From the NCBI GenBank assembly GCA_035510335.1, contig DATKHJ010000057.1, forward strand, positions 8,270 through 72,269: DNA of 64,000 nt, in the 5' to 3' direction. Positions 29,152 through 39,603 of the stretch are shown piece after piece (within the stretch, counting starts at the first letter, position 1; the number at the start of each line of letters is the position of its first letter). Below the pieces are notes generated by a model. It worked only from the letters and a program-made list of their open reading frames with translations, was not told the origin of the DNA and did not search any database. The translations under genes were made by a program, and so were the position numbers. The stretch is from Flavisolibacter sp. Its GTDB lineage: Bacteria > Bacteroidota > Bacteroidia > Chitinophagales > Chitinophagaceae.

Positions 29152-30288
29152 TTAGCTGCCCATGATCTTTTTATAAATGTATTTTGCCGGCTTTAAAACT
29201 TTGTAGCGTTCATCAAGCGGACGCTCAATATCAAAATCGTAATGACTGCGGCGGGGCGTATTCATAATGGTTTCCCAATCACTCTCTGATAATCCGAGTT
29301 TTTTCAGGAAAAACTCTTTTTCCTGCTTAAATACAGATGGCTCATACAGCGGCTGGCTTAACTCTTCCAGTGCTTCTGCTTTCGTAAGCTGCCCGGAGAA
29401 GATAAGAGTAGAGAGATGCGCCTTTCGTTTATCTATTTTAAACTTTTCAGGAAGAATATAAGCCTGGTAGAATTTGGTAAACAACGACTCGTAGTGTTTG
29501 CCACCGTAGTCACGCCAACCCAGCTCGCTGGCGATAACTTTTTTCGCTTCTTTTTTGTTGTAATCAACATAGTTAAGCATGTTAATTGACTGGATTTTGG
29601 CCATGTTCACCCGCTTCTTTAGCATGGTGTCGTTGAGCGGAAATGTTTTGATCTTTTTTGTGCCGTATTTCTTGTGAATGTCCAGCAGGTTGATGTGGTC
29701 ACTTTTGTGAAAGATCCAGCTTTTAGGCATCACAAACTCAGAATAAACATTCGAGCCCGAGAGGGAATATTTAATGTTGTGCTTGAGTGCCAGCTTTAAC
29801 AGTGTAGCGCCAATGGCGTGGTCTGTTGGCACTTCAATGTCCACAACCGATGCTTTGATGTATGCCAGATGAATGTCCCTGAATTCTTCCCAATCAACCA
29901 CCAACGTGTAAAGATCAAAGCCGCACTTATTCACCATGCTCTCGATGTTCTTTACGGCCAACTCGGAATTCCATCCATTGTCGAAATGAACTGCCAGTGG
30001 CCGTAACCCGTATTGCTTGCAGAGGTACGCTACATACGAACTGTCAACGCCGCCACTCAGGCCCATGATGCAATCATAAGGTTTGCCTTTGCCATCTGCC
30101 TTGATCTGGTCAATCAGTTGTTCCAGCTCACGTTTCCCCTGCTCCCCTTTCTTAACATGCTCGGCTTCACCTTTCAGGTAGTCGTAATAATAATTACAAA
30201 CGCCTTTTTCATCAAACGTAATATCCGGGTCAGAGATGGTGTCCATGACGGACAGACTGCACTGCTGGTAATTTTTTTCTGTATTCAT
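29152..30288 (-). CDS. N-acetyl sugar amidotransferase (WbuX/WbpG-like)
   Basis: YDCIMGLSGGVDSS PP-loop, HFDNGWNSELAV, YGGKHYES. Confidence 0.9.
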   Translation of the reverse strand: MNTEKNYQQCSLSVMDTISDPDITFDEKGVCNYYYDYLKGEAEHVKKGEQGKRELEQLIDQIKADGKGKPYDCIMGLSGGVDSSYVAYLCKQYGLRPLAVHFDNGWNSELAVKNIESMVNKCGFDLYTLVVDWEEFRDIHLAYIKASVVDIEVPTDHAIGATLLKLALKHNIKYSLSGSNVYSEFVMPKSWIFHKSDHINLLDIHKKYGTKKIKTFPLNDTMLKKRVNMAKIQSINMLNYVDYNKKEAKKVIASELGWRDYGGKHYESLFTKFYQAYILPEKFKIDKRKAHLSTLIFSGQLTKAEALEELSQPLYEPSVFKQEKEFFLKKLGLSESDWETIMNTPRRSHYDFDIERPLDERYKVLKPAKYIYKKIMGS

Positions 30289-31542
30289 TTAGACAGCTTC
30301 CTTATAAATTTTGTTCAGATTTTTTAAAAACCGCTCTTTTCCAAAGTGCTCAATCGTAAAGCTGCGGATATATTCTGCATTGAAATTCTTTTTCGCCTTT
30401 GTCATTTTTAGCATCGCATCAGCTAGTTGCTGTTCGTTGCCAACCTCAACCAGATAGCCAATTTTATCATCAACAATTTTCTGGCTGATGCCACAACGCG
30501 TCGCAATCACTGGTTTGCCAAACAATGTTGCTTCTACAATAACAAGTCCAAAGGTTTCATATTTGCTTGAAAGTACAAAGCAATCGCATGCTTCTAATTG
30601 CTCAACCACTTCATCCCTGTTCAAACGGCCAAGGAAATGAACATGGTTCTGCAGTTGTTTTTGTTCTGCCAACTGCCTTAGCTCTTTGTCTAACGGACCA
30701 TCGCCTCCAATAAACAAATCGACATTGGGGTTTTGCTCAACCACTTTTGCAAACGCAGTGATTAAGGTGTGCTGGTCCTTAACGGGCTTAAACACGGCGA
30801 TGTGCAGGAACCGAAACCTTAAATTATTCTCTCGTGATTGAACAAACGCAGTGCGTTCAAGGTACTGGTCCAATACATTCGGCAAGTAGTGAAACCGGTT
30901 TAGTGAGAACAACTCGTTTAATAGTTGCGCAAAAGGCTCGCTGACTGCATAAAGACCCTTTGCACTAGCGTAAGCCTTCCTGACACGCTTTAAAATATTT
31001 GCATCGGTAGTGCCTTGCGCAAAACTGCTACTGTGTTCTGTTAGAATATAGGTAATCCCATATTTCGCATGAATTCGTTCGGCCAGCATACCTGCATAAA
31101 TTGCTTCGTGTGCATGTATAATATCCGGCTGACCTTCTTTTTTCAGATATTCTTCAAAACAAAGTAGTCCCGCTTTAATCCAGCTTACGTGGTTTTTGTT
31201 GTTTACCGGTTTTCGGTGGTATAATGCATCAATGCGACAAACCTTGATGCCATCGACGGTTTCATGTGTGATGAATTTTCTCGGGCTAAAAAACTTTTTA
31301 AGCCCCAGCCGAAACAACGCTAAAACAGAAAGCTCATCTGTTGCATTGTTCACTTTCTTTCCCAGCAATTTGAAAGCAATCCCTTTCATAATCATGGGTG
31401 CCGAAAAGGAAAGCCGTACCGACAAAGCGCCAACCCGGTAACCTGCACTTTGCAATATCGCTGCTTGATGGTATTGAAAAATTCCTTCTAGTTTGTCGTG
31501 ATCTGGAACAAAGCCCTCAGAAGGAATGATAAGAATGTGCAT
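30289..31542 (-). CDS. Glycosyltransferase family 4
   Basis: IIHAH, LTEHSS, VLSSKYETFGLVIVEA. Confidence 0.9.
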   Translation of the reverse strand: MHILIIPSEGFVPDHDKLEGIFQYHQAAILQSAGYRVGALSVRLSFSAPMIMKGIAFKLLGKKVNNATDELSVLALFRLGLKKFFSPRKFITHETVDGIKVCRIDALYHRKPVNNKNHVSWIKAGLLCFEEYLKKEGQPDIIHAHEAIYAGMLAERIHAKYGITYILTEHSSSFAQGTTDANILKRVRKAYASAKGLYAVSEPFAQLLNELFSLNRFHYLPNVLDQYLERTAFVQSRENNLRFRFLHIAVFKPVKDQHTLITAFAKVVEQNPNVDLFIGGDGPLDKELRQLAEQKQLQNHVHFLGRLNRDEVVEQLEACDCFVLSSKYETFGLVIVEATLFGKPVIATRCGISQKIVDDKIGYLVEVGNEQQLADAMLKMTKAKKNFNAEYIRSFTIEHFGKERFLKNLNKIYKEAV

Positions 31543-31547
31543 GAAAT

Positions 31548-32492
31548 CTATAAAGATTTTTGAGCAAGGGACTTTAGGTACCAGTAAACATATTTAACGT
31601 TATGCTTGATTGCCGGTGTTCCCTGCCAGGCAAAAGCTGATTGCAGTAAATGTTTTCTGCCTGTTTGTTTATTGCCTTTCTTAAAGTTTTCTTTTGCAAT
31701 CATGATGTTCAGCATATAAAGACTTTCATCAAGGTGCTGCTGAACACGTTTGTCTTTAATAAGTGATTTGATGGCTTCTATGCTGGCAATATCATACACC
31801 GCTCTTTCCAACGGCCCTTTGGTTGTGTATTCGCCATTTTCCTGTACGCGGCGCAGCGCCATTTTTTCAGGATAGAAATAACCATATCCTTCTTTCAGCG
31901 TGTAAGCCCACAGTACGGTGTCCCAAATAAAGGGGTGCTTTTCTGCATAAATTAATGGAGCAAGAGCGGAGGTTCGGATAACGGTAGTTAGTGTAGTGCA
32001 AATCGATTGAGCTAGGTTTTCCACGATGTCAAACTTTTTCCCATACCAATCCTTCTTCCATTCCGACTCGATAAAAACACCGGTTTCGCTGATGTAGTCG
32101 TAGTCTGAGCAAACCATGTTGCAATCCGGGTTTGCTTCCATGTAATCAATCTGCTTCTGTAATTTGAACGGATCTGTCCACAAATCGTCACCATCACAAA
32201 AAGCAATGTATTTCCCCTGGCAGGCCTGCATGCATTTAATCCAGTTCTTCGAAAGCCCCAGCCGTTTTTCCGCTGTTAGTACCTTAATCTTTTCCGGATA
32301 TTCCTGCTGAAATTTTCGCACAACTTCCAATGTATTATCTGTGCTGCAATCGTCACTCAGCACAATTTCAAATGGAAAGGTGGTTTGTTGTGCCAGCCAG
32401 CTTTTGATTCCATCAGCAATCAGACCCTCTAAATCTTTCGTCATTGTACAAATGCTCACTAAGGGTTTCGTATTCATACTCATATTGCTCAA
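31548..32492 (-). CDS. Glycosyltransferase family 2
   Basis: PLVSIC, DDCSTDNT, AFCDGDDLWTDPFKLQKQ; start uncertain among nearby codons. Confidence 0.9.
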   Translation of the reverse strand: MSNMSMNTKPLVSICTMTKDLEGLIADGIKSWLAQQTTFPFEIVLSDDCSTDNTLEVVRKFQQEYPEKIKVLTAEKRLGLSKNWIKCMQACQGKYIAFCDGDDLWTDPFKLQKQIDYMEANPDCNMVCSDYDYISETGVFIESEWKKDWYGKKFDIVENLAQSICTTLTTVIRTSALAPLIYAEKHPFIWDTVLWAYTLKEGYGYFYPEKMALRRVQENGEYTTKGPLERAVYDIASIEAIKSLIKDKRVQQHLDESLYMLNIMIAKENFKKGNKQTGRKHLLQSAFAWQGTPAIKHNVKYVYWYLKSLAQKSL

Positions 32493-32571
32493 TATAGTTT
32501 TGTAGTCAGGTGAATTATTCGTTTACAAGGGGCGCTAATTCCGGTAAATAGCTATTGGCCTTTTGGCATTT

Positions 32572-33411
32572 CTACCAAAGTTTGTCATACTTCTTTTGCC
32601 CGCCGGCAAAAAGATTTTTTAGTTCGTATACGGTTTTCAAAACTTTCTTTTTCCGTTCATTTCGGGCTACTCTCTTTAAAATTATTTTTTTCTCCTCCTC
32701 TGTTAAAGGGCAATGCTGACTGGCAAACGCTTCAAGCATAACCATGTGGCGCAATTTGCGATAGTTTTTATTGGCAAAAGTGGTGAAGCGTTCCTGGTCT
32801 CCGTGATTACGGTCCCAGTAAAGTCCACCTGGAATTTTAACCATCGAATAGTGCGCCGCCAATTTAAACCACAATTCATTATCGCCAATCAGGCGTCTGC
32901 CGCTAAAACCGCCTACAGCCTCAAATGCTTTCCTCTTAATGATAACGCTACCTGGCGCACAACCAAAATGATTGAAGCCATAAAAATTCTCAAGGTAGGC
33001 TTGGCGGCTGGAAACCATCACAGGATAAGGTTTCTCCGGATCTTGCTGCGTACACATGCAAAAGCCAGCTTCCGGAAATTTTTCAATTGCGGAAACCATT
33101 ACCTGTAAAGCATGCTCGTAAAAAATGTCGTCAGAGTCGGTGTATTTTATGTACTTGCCCCGGGCATAGCTGGCAGCCCGGTTGCGATTGGGATAATCGC
33201 CCAGGTTTGCTTCGTTCACATAATATCGAATGCGGCTGTCTTTTGCTGCATATTTCTTTATAATATCAACAGTGCCATCTGTAGAGGCATTGTCAGTAAT
33301 AATAAGTTCGAAATCGGAAAACGTTTGAGCCAGCACATGCTCAATTGCTTCGCCAATATATTTCTCACGGTTCCAGGCGGTGAGCAAAACACTAACCAAC
33401 GGTGTGCTCAT
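32572..33411 (-). CDS. Glycosyltransferase family 2
   Basis: PLVSVLLTAWNRE, DNASTDGT, YTDSDD. Confidence 0.9.
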   Translation of the reverse strand: MSTPLVSVLLTAWNREKYIGEAIEHVLAQTFSDFELIITDNASTDGTVDIIKKYAAKDSRIRYYVNEANLGDYPNRNRAASYARGKYIKYTDSDDIFYEHALQVMVSAIEKFPEAGFCMCTQQDPEKPYPVMVSSRQAYLENFYGFNHFGCAPGSVIIKRKAFEAVGGFSGRRLIGDNELWFKLAAHYSMVKIPGGLYWDRNHGDQERFTTFANKNYRKLRHMVMLEAFASQHCPLTEEEKKIILKRVARNERKKKVLKTVYELKNLFAGGQKKYDKLW

Positions 33412-34555
33412 GACGTTTTTTTATGGTGGTGAAAGAATGATCGTTTCCTTCAATCAGGATTAATTCTTTCTCAGAGATCGTTTCAATATCACACAGCTCT
33501 CTCATGCTTCTTGCGCCAGCCGAAGAAATTGTTTGGAATTTCTCGGGATTCATGAGCATTTGTTCCATTGCATCGGCTACTTCCTGAGGTGAGTTGGTTA
33601 ACAATCCAGTTTTGCCATTTTCTACATACTCAGGAATGGCAGTATTGTTAGAGGTGATGACCACCAGCCCGCTTGACATTGCCTCGCACATGGAAACGCC
33701 TTGTGCATCTTGTCGTGTAGGACAAAGAAAGATGCCATTTTCCTTGTGCAATGCGGGAATTAGCACCTGTCGTACGCCGTTTTTTGTGATGGAAACATTT
33801 GGCAAATGTTTGATTGGCGCCAGTGTTGAATCAAACAGGTTGCCTTTGCCGATTATTGTGAAGGAAAACTCCTTAAAAAAGTCTTTTTTCGACAACAGGA
33901 GAATAGCTTCTACAGATATATCATTTGCATACTTGCGACTATCAAAAGAACGCAGCAAGAGAACCTTTTTTCGAAGTTCTGCCGGCTTCTCACTGTATGA
34001 GAAAAGCTCCGTGTCAATCGGATTAGGAATAATTGAGTAGTTCTTTATTTTACTCAGTGTATCTGTTTCGGTAATCTTCCGCATCCAGTTTGAGACAAAC
34101 ACAAATTTGATTTGCTCAGACTTATTGGCAAACTTGATCAGTTTGCGAAAACGGTATTGCTGCACCGTGTTTTTTCGTGCATAATTCAGCAGTACCGGAG
34201 AATAGAGTTTGAAGTTGAACAAACGCCGGTACCAGCCAAGTGCTTCAAAACCATGAACCCATATAATTACAGGAACCGTTGTTACTTTCAAAAGCTTCTC
34301 TAACATCCATGATTGATAAAAATGAATCAGGATGCGATCTGGTTTGTATTCCTGAATAGCGTTTAGCAACGATTGTTCATCTGCAAAGCGTTTTAAAGGC
34401 ATACCCTCGTATTCGATCTCAAATGGACTGCCATACCAGCAAAACACCTGTACCTGGTGATGCTTGGCATATGCTTTTGCCCGAACGTGCACAAATACAT
34501 CTCCTACAATGTTATCAGGATGCGGGTAATTTTGATTTAAGATCAGTAAACGCAT
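33392..34555 (-). CDS. Glycosyltransferase family 4
   Basis: WVHGFE, IPNPIDT, CPTRQDAQGVSMCEAMSSG. Confidence 0.88.
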   Translation of the reverse strand: MRLLILNQNYPHPDNIVGDVFVHVRAKAYAKHHQVQVFCWYGSPFEIEYEGMPLKRFADEQSLLNAIQEYKPDRILIHFYQSWMLEKLLKVTTVPVIIWVHGFEALGWYRRLFNFKLYSPVLLNYARKNTVQQYRFRKLIKFANKSEQIKFVFVSNWMRKITETDTLSKIKNYSIIPNPIDTELFSYSEKPAELRKKVLLLRSFDSRKYANDISVEAILLLSKKDFFKEFSFTIIGKGNLFDSTLAPIKHLPNVSITKNGVRQVLIPALHKENGIFLCPTRQDAQGVSMCEAMSSGLVVITSNNTAIPEYVENGKTGLLTNSPQEVADAMEQMLMNPEKFQTISSAGARSMRELCDIETISEKELILIEGNDHSFTTIKKRHEHTVG

Positions 34556-34591
34556 AGGTTTTATTTAATACGAATGACGATTGGTAAACAA

Positions 34592-35722
34592 TTATCCAAC
34601 CAAAGCTTCTTTTTGTTGACGGACATGATCAACCGTCTTTGCTACTATTTTCTCTGCCGCTGTGCCGTCACCAAAAGGGTTTACTGCCATGGACATCTGT
34701 AAATAGAGGTCTTTATTTACAATGAGCTCTGTTACATGATCAACAATATCCTGCTGGGTTGTACCAATCAGTTTCGCTGTGCCGGCTTGCATTGCTTCGG
34801 GACGTTCTGTAGTATCACGCATCACCAAAACAGGTTTGCCCAGTACCGGCGCTTCTTCTTGGATACCGCCAGAATCTGTTAGAATCAGGTAGCTTTTTTG
34901 CATTAGCTGCGTAAACCTGATGTAATCCATTGGCGGCAACAACTGAACATTGTGAAGGCCTTGCAGAATTCTTTTAACGGGTTCCTGCACATTCGGGTTC
35001 AGGTGAACGGGGTATACAAATTGGAAGTCGGGGAATGCTTCTGCTAATTCACGAATAGCGCAACAGATGTTCTCGAACCCATCACCAAAATTTTCACGGC
35101 GATGCCCGGTAATCAATACAATCTTCTTGTTGTCAAAATCGGTTCCAATATTATATTCAGGATACTGCTTTACTTTTTGCAGGGTAAACAGCAAAGCATC
35201 AATTACAGTATTGCCGGTCACCAGAATTTTATCCTCGCTGATATTTTCCCGCAGCAAATTGTTTTGTGCTCCTTGCGTTGGGGCAAAATGTAAATCTGCC
35301 ATCAGCGAGATTACACTCCTGTTCATCTCTTCCGGGAAAGGCGAAAACATGTTGTGGGTACGCAAGCCAGCCTCCACGTGGGCAATCTTTATCTTTCTGT
35401 AAAAAGCAGCCATCGCTGCACACATTGCGGTAGTTGTATCCCCCTGTACAAAAACAATATCCGGTTGCGTCTCGGCAAAATAGCCATCCATTGCAGCAAC
35501 AACATTGGCAGTAAGGGTTGCCAGGGTTTGATTGTGTTGCATCAAGTTGAGGTGGCGATCTACTTTTAGTTCAAAAAAGTCGATCAGGGGCAGCACCATC
35601 TCTTTATGCTGGCCAGTAAAGCAAACATTTAGTTCAATATCGCTCTGTTTCTCAAACGCTTTTACAAGGGTTGCAAGTTTGATGACTTCGGGCCTGGTTC
35701 CAAAGACTACGGATACTTTCAT
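34592..35722 (-). CDS. wecB: UDP-N-acetylglucosamine 2-epimerase (non-hydrolysing)
   Basis: FGTRPEVIKL, QGDTTT, HVEAGLRT, TGHRRENFG, TDSGGIQEEAP. Confidence 0.95.
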   Translation of the reverse strand: MKVSVVFGTRPEVIKLATLVKAFEKQSDIELNVCFTGQHKEMVLPLIDFFELKVDRHLNLMQHNQTLATLTANVVAAMDGYFAETQPDIVFVQGDTTTAMCAAMAAFYRKIKIAHVEAGLRTHNMFSPFPEEMNRSVISLMADLHFAPTQGAQNNLLRENISEDKILVTGNTVIDALLFTLQKVKQYPEYNIGTDFDNKKIVLITGHRRENFGDGFENICCAIRELAEAFPDFQFVYPVHLNPNVQEPVKRILQGLHNVQLLPPMDYIRFTQLMQKSYLILTDSGGIQEEAPVLGKPVLVMRDTTERPEAMQAGTAKLIGTTQQDIVDHVTELIVNKDLYLQMSMAVNPFGDGTAAEKIVAKTVDHVRQQKEALVG

Positions 35723-35730
35723 AATGCTGA

Positions 35731-36522
35731 TTAAACGGGTAAATATTTTCGTATAGATTGTTTGAGCCTGGTTTTTTTCATTTTTGCCAGGATCGTTTGC
35801 TTTTCTTCGCTTGTTAACGGGCAGTCTTTGTGGCCGAATGCATCAGTAAGCACCCTTTTTTGCAGCATTTCGTACTGTCGGCGTGCATAATCGGATTGCG
35901 ATTCCTGGTTGCCATGCGACCGTGCCCAATACAAATCTGGCGGAAATTTTACAAGCGGGTAGTTCCTTGCCATGCGAAACCATAATTCGGTATCGCCAAT
36001 CATTCTTTCCCCTGAAAATCTTCCAACCTTATTGAATGCTTCGCGATTGATAATTGCAGAACCCGGGGCTCTGAAAAAATGACCGTAACCATGAAAATGT
36101 TCATGATATGCCTGGTGAGGATTGACCATCACCGGGAAGGGCTGACCGTCATCTCCTTTTGAAGAAAGGCCAAACCCAGCCTCGGGAAATTTTTCCATGG
36201 CGGTAACCATTGCTTCTAAGGCATATGGATAGATGATATCGTCTGAGTCAATGTATTTAATGTACTTACCAATAGCATACTCTGCTGCTTTGTTACGATT
36301 ATTGTAGTCGCCTAAGTTTTTTTCATTGACAAAAACCTTGATTCGATGATCTGCCTTTTCATAGTTGCGGGCAATTTCCACCGTATTGTCGGTCGAGCAG
36401 TCATCAACGATGATATACTCAAAATTGGTCAAAGTAGAAGCCAGAACGCTTTCAATTGCTTCTCCGATATAATCCTGCCGGTTATAAGAGGTTGTAAGAA
36501 CACTGACCAGGGGAATACTCAT
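35731..36522 (-). CDS. Glycosyltransferase family 2 (paralog of 32572..33411)
   Basis: PLVSVLTTSYNR, DDCSTDNT, YIDSDD. Confidence 0.9.
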   Translation of the reverse strand: MSIPLVSVLTTSYNRQDYIGEAIESVLASTLTNFEYIIVDDCSTDNTVEIARNYEKADHRIKVFVNEKNLGDYNNRNKAAEYAIGKYIKYIDSDDIIYPYALEAMVTAMEKFPEAGFGLSSKGDDGQPFPVMVNPHQAYHEHFHGYGHFFRAPGSAIINREAFNKVGRFSGERMIGDTELWFRMARNYPLVKFPPDLYWARSHGNQESQSDYARRQYEMLQKRVLTDAFGHKDCPLTSEEKQTILAKMKKTRLKQSIRKYLPV

Positions 36523-36557
36523 CGTTCCAGGGATTATGTGATGCGTTTATTAAAGAA

Positions 36558-37535
36558 TTAATTTACTTTTTGTTTGACCGGAATGGGAGGCTTGCCACAA
36601 TATTTTTCGTGTAGCTGGTCTAACACTTTTTCACCCTCTGCCAACGCATTGTGAAAAGCATGATTTGCTTCCACCGCTGCCTGGTCATATTCGTCGTTAT
36701 ACTTCAGCCAATCTATTTTAGATTTTAGCGGGAGTTCTTTGGTTGTAAAAATTTGCTTGTACCGGCTAAGCGTAGAACGAAGGCTCTTCTTTCCTGTTTC
36801 TTTTGGATAAACAAATCCGAAATGCCGGTAGCGCATGTAAATGGTGGTCAGGGTGCGTTTGAAAACAAAATCTTTGCTTTCCTGGTGGTGATGATACACC
36901 CTTGCCGCTGAATTATATACGATGGCATAACCGGCAGTTAATGCATCCTTCGCCCAAATGGCATCTTCCGCAAAGGAGGTAAAGCGGAAAGGGATTTCAA
37001 GTAATACTTCTCTGCGATACATGGCAGTTACATCGTCCCAACCACAAGCTTTTAATTTCTCGCCGGGAGTAAGCTTTTCAAAGGCACCGTTTGGATAATG
37101 ATATTTTGTTTTGGTTGGCGCATCAATTGGCCGGTACCAGTGTAAAGGGTTATTACCCGGCTCGTGTGACACTACCTGCTGACCACAAACCCCGGCAACT
37201 TCAGGACCGTCGAATCCGTTCAGCAATTCCTGCACCCATTGATTATCGTAGGGTTTACCATCACCTACTGTCAATAGCACAAATTCACCGGTTGCATGCC
37301 GTACACCAACGTTTCGTGTTTCCCCATGATTAAAGGAAGAGGGAGGAATTTCAATGACAGTTACTTTCGGATAATTCCGAAGTATTTCAAGTGTGCCATC
37401 TGTTGAACCAGAGTCCACAACAATGATTTCTTTAACAGGGACGGATTGGTTCAGAATGCCTTCAATACAAGCTTTGATTTTTGCAGCTTCATTCCGCACG
37501 GGAATTACAACTGAAACTTCTGGATACATCTTCAA
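36558..37535 (-). CDS. Glycosyltransferase family 2 (rhamnosyltransferase-like)
   Basis: VVIPVRNE, DSGSTDGT, FNHGETRN, FAEDAIWA. Confidence 0.88.
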   Translation of the reverse strand: MKMYPEVSVVIPVRNEAAKIKACIEGILNQSVPVKEIIVVDSGSTDGTLEILRNYPKVTVIEIPPSSFNHGETRNVGVRHATGEFVLLTVGDGKPYDNQWVQELLNGFDGPEVAGVCGQQVVSHEPGNNPLHWYRPIDAPTKTKYHYPNGAFEKLTPGEKLKACGWDDVTAMYRREVLLEIPFRFTSFAEDAIWAKDALTAGYAIVYNSAARVYHHHQESKDFVFKRTLTTIYMRYRHFGFVYPKETGKKSLRSTLSRYKQIFTTKELPLKSKIDWLKYNDEYDQAAVEANHAFHNALAEGEKVLDQLHEKYCGKPPIPVKQKVN

Positions 37536-38539
37536 TCTATTTTTTGTTTTGCCGGCAGATTATGATCACCGGATTGGGCCAATTGGTGAACTGGCGGTTT
37601 TCCACAATAATGCTCGTGTGCAGCATCGAGCCTGTCCTCGCTTTCAGCCAGTGCTGCCGCAAATATTTCGTATGCTTTCACCCTGCCCTTGAATTGCATC
37701 TTGTTATATTGTAGCCACTTCCATTTTTCCTTTAACGTCAGCGGGTTCGATAATGCAATGACTTTAATGGTGCTCAGGTGCTGTCGCAGCGTTTGCAAAG
37801 GTCGATTGTAAATGCAGCCAAACTGTTTGTAGCGCATGTACATTACTGCAAAATTTCGCCGAAAGGAGTAGTCAAGATCCTCGTAGTGGAAATGGTAAAC
37901 CTTTGCAGCCTGGTTGTACACCAGTGTGTAGCCGGAGAGCAATGCATCTTTCGCCCAAATTGCATCTTCGCCAAAGTTTGCGTTTTGGAAGGGTATTTCC
38001 TTGAGAATGGAACGCTTGTACATAGCCGTAACGTTGTCCCAACCGCAAGCCCACATTTTTTCCAAAGGCGTAAGCTTTTGAAAGTCTTCCGCGGAAGCAT
38101 ACTTGTAAACCACCTTAGTCGGTTGGCTTATCGGCCGAAACCACTCAACGGGATTCTTATCCCTCCCCTTTTGAACAACCTGGCTTCCACAAACTGCAGC
38201 TACCTTGCTATCTGCCGTAAATCCATTCAACAGGTGCTCTAACCAAAATTCATCTACTGCATGCGCATCCTGCACGGTCATCACCACATATTTACCACTG
38301 CTTAGTTCAACCCCGTATTGCCGGGTCAACCCGTGGTTAAATTCGGAAGGTGAGATTGAATAAACACGCACCGGGTATTTTTGCAGAATCTTCAGGCTAT
38401 TGTCTGTTGATCCGGAGTCAATCGCAATAATTTCCGTTTGACGAAACAGTGACTGGCGCATGATGCCACGGATACAGTCATCAAGCCAGGGAGCCCCGTT
38501 TTTTACCGGGATAACAACAGAAATAGTAGGCGTTTGCAA
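37532..38539 (-). CDS. Glycosyltransferase family 2 (tandem paralog of 36558..37535)
   Basis: VVIPVKNG, DSGSTDNS, FNHGLTRQ, FGEDAIWA. Confidence 0.88.
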   Translation of the reverse strand: MQTPTISVVIPVKNGAPWLDDCIRGIMRQSLFRQTEIIAIDSGSTDNSLKILQKYPVRVYSISPSEFNHGLTRQYGVELSSGKYVVMTVQDAHAVDEFWLEHLLNGFTADSKVAAVCGSQVVQKGRDKNPVEWFRPISQPTKVVYKYASAEDFQKLTPLEKMWACGWDNVTAMYKRSILKEIPFQNANFGEDAIWAKDALLSGYTLVYNQAAKVYHFHYEDLDYSFRRNFAVMYMRYKQFGCIYNRPLQTLRQHLSTIKVIALSNPLTLKEKWKWLQYNKMQFKGRVKAYEIFAAALAESEDRLDAAHEHYCGKPPVHQLAQSGDHNLPAKQKID

Positions 38540-38548
38540 GGTTTCGTT

Positions 38549-39553
38549 TTAGACAAGTTTCTTCCACGCCGGCGGCATGTTTCTTTCTACTTCAATATTT
38601 TTAAACTTCTCTCCCTTTCTTGGCCCTTTTGCCTTGGCGTTTTCCGTCATTCGCTCAATGCCATCTTTCAGCGTAATGTTCTTGATCATATGGCCAAAAT
38701 ATTTGTGCACCTTTTCGTGATTTGAATAAGCATGCACTACTTCATTCCTGGCTTCAAGGAAATCAATCTGCTCTTTTACGCCAAATGAATCGCAAACCAG
38801 TGTAGCCAGTTCTTTCACCGAGTAAGGCGTATCAGCGCCAATGTTGAACACCTGGTTGTAGGCTTCTTCCATCTCAATGCTTTTAGCAATAATGGGAGCA
38901 ACATCGTCGATATGACTAAAGGCACGGGTTTGCATGCCGTCTCCGAAGATGGTCAGCCGCTTTCCCTGCATGATCTGGTTCATGAAAATACCCACTACGT
39001 TGCGGTATGGATCGCCAATGTTCTGCCGTTCGCCATAAACATTGTGCGGACGGAAAACAACATAATTCAACCCAAACATTTCATGGGCAGATTTCAAATC
39101 CTGCTCAACAGCCAGTTTTGCAATGCCATAAGGATCTTCCGGAAGCGGTGTGTTCTCTTCTTTCATGGGTAACTGGTTGGCACCATAAACCGCAATAGAG
39201 GATGTAAACACAAAACATTTTACTGTACCTGCATTTACCGACGCATTGATTAAGTTAATGGAGCCAAGCAGATTATTCTGGTAGTTGAACCGGCGAATAA
39301 AATGGCTAAGTCCTTCTGCTGCGTACGCAGCTAAATGAAATACATATTCGAACTTGTGCTCTTCAAAAAGTTGGTTCACAAGTTCTACATCATTGATGGT
39401 GCCTTTTACAAAGCGGGCTTTCGGATTAACATTGTCTTCAAAGCCGCCGGAAAGATCGTCTAATGCGATTACGTCATAACCTCCATTCACCAGGTGATCA
39501 CAAACGTGCGAACCAATAAAGCCGGCAGCTCCGGTAACTAATACTTTGGACAT
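38549..39553 (-). CDS. NAD-dependent nucleotide-sugar epimerase
   Basis: TGAAGFIGSH, HLAAYAAEGLS, YGIAK. Confidence 0.88.
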   Translation of the reverse strand: MSKVLVTGAAGFIGSHVCDHLVNGGYDVIALDDLSGGFEDNVNPKARFVKGTINDVELVNQLFEEHKFEYVFHLAAYAAEGLSHFIRRFNYQNNLLGSINLINASVNAGTVKCFVFTSSIAVYGANQLPMKEENTPLPEDPYGIAKLAVEQDLKSAHEMFGLNYVVFRPHNVYGERQNIGDPYRNVVGIFMNQIMQGKRLTIFGDGMQTRAFSHIDDVAPIIAKSIEMEEAYNQVFNIGADTPYSVKELATLVCDSFGVKEQIDFLEARNEVVHAYSNHEKVHKYFGHMIKNITLKDGIERMTENAKAKGPRKGEKFKNIEVERNMPPAWKKLV

Positions 39554-39603
39554 AAGGGTTTGAAAGTTTTAAACAAAAGAGAGTATGAATAATTTTTATA
39601 GAA

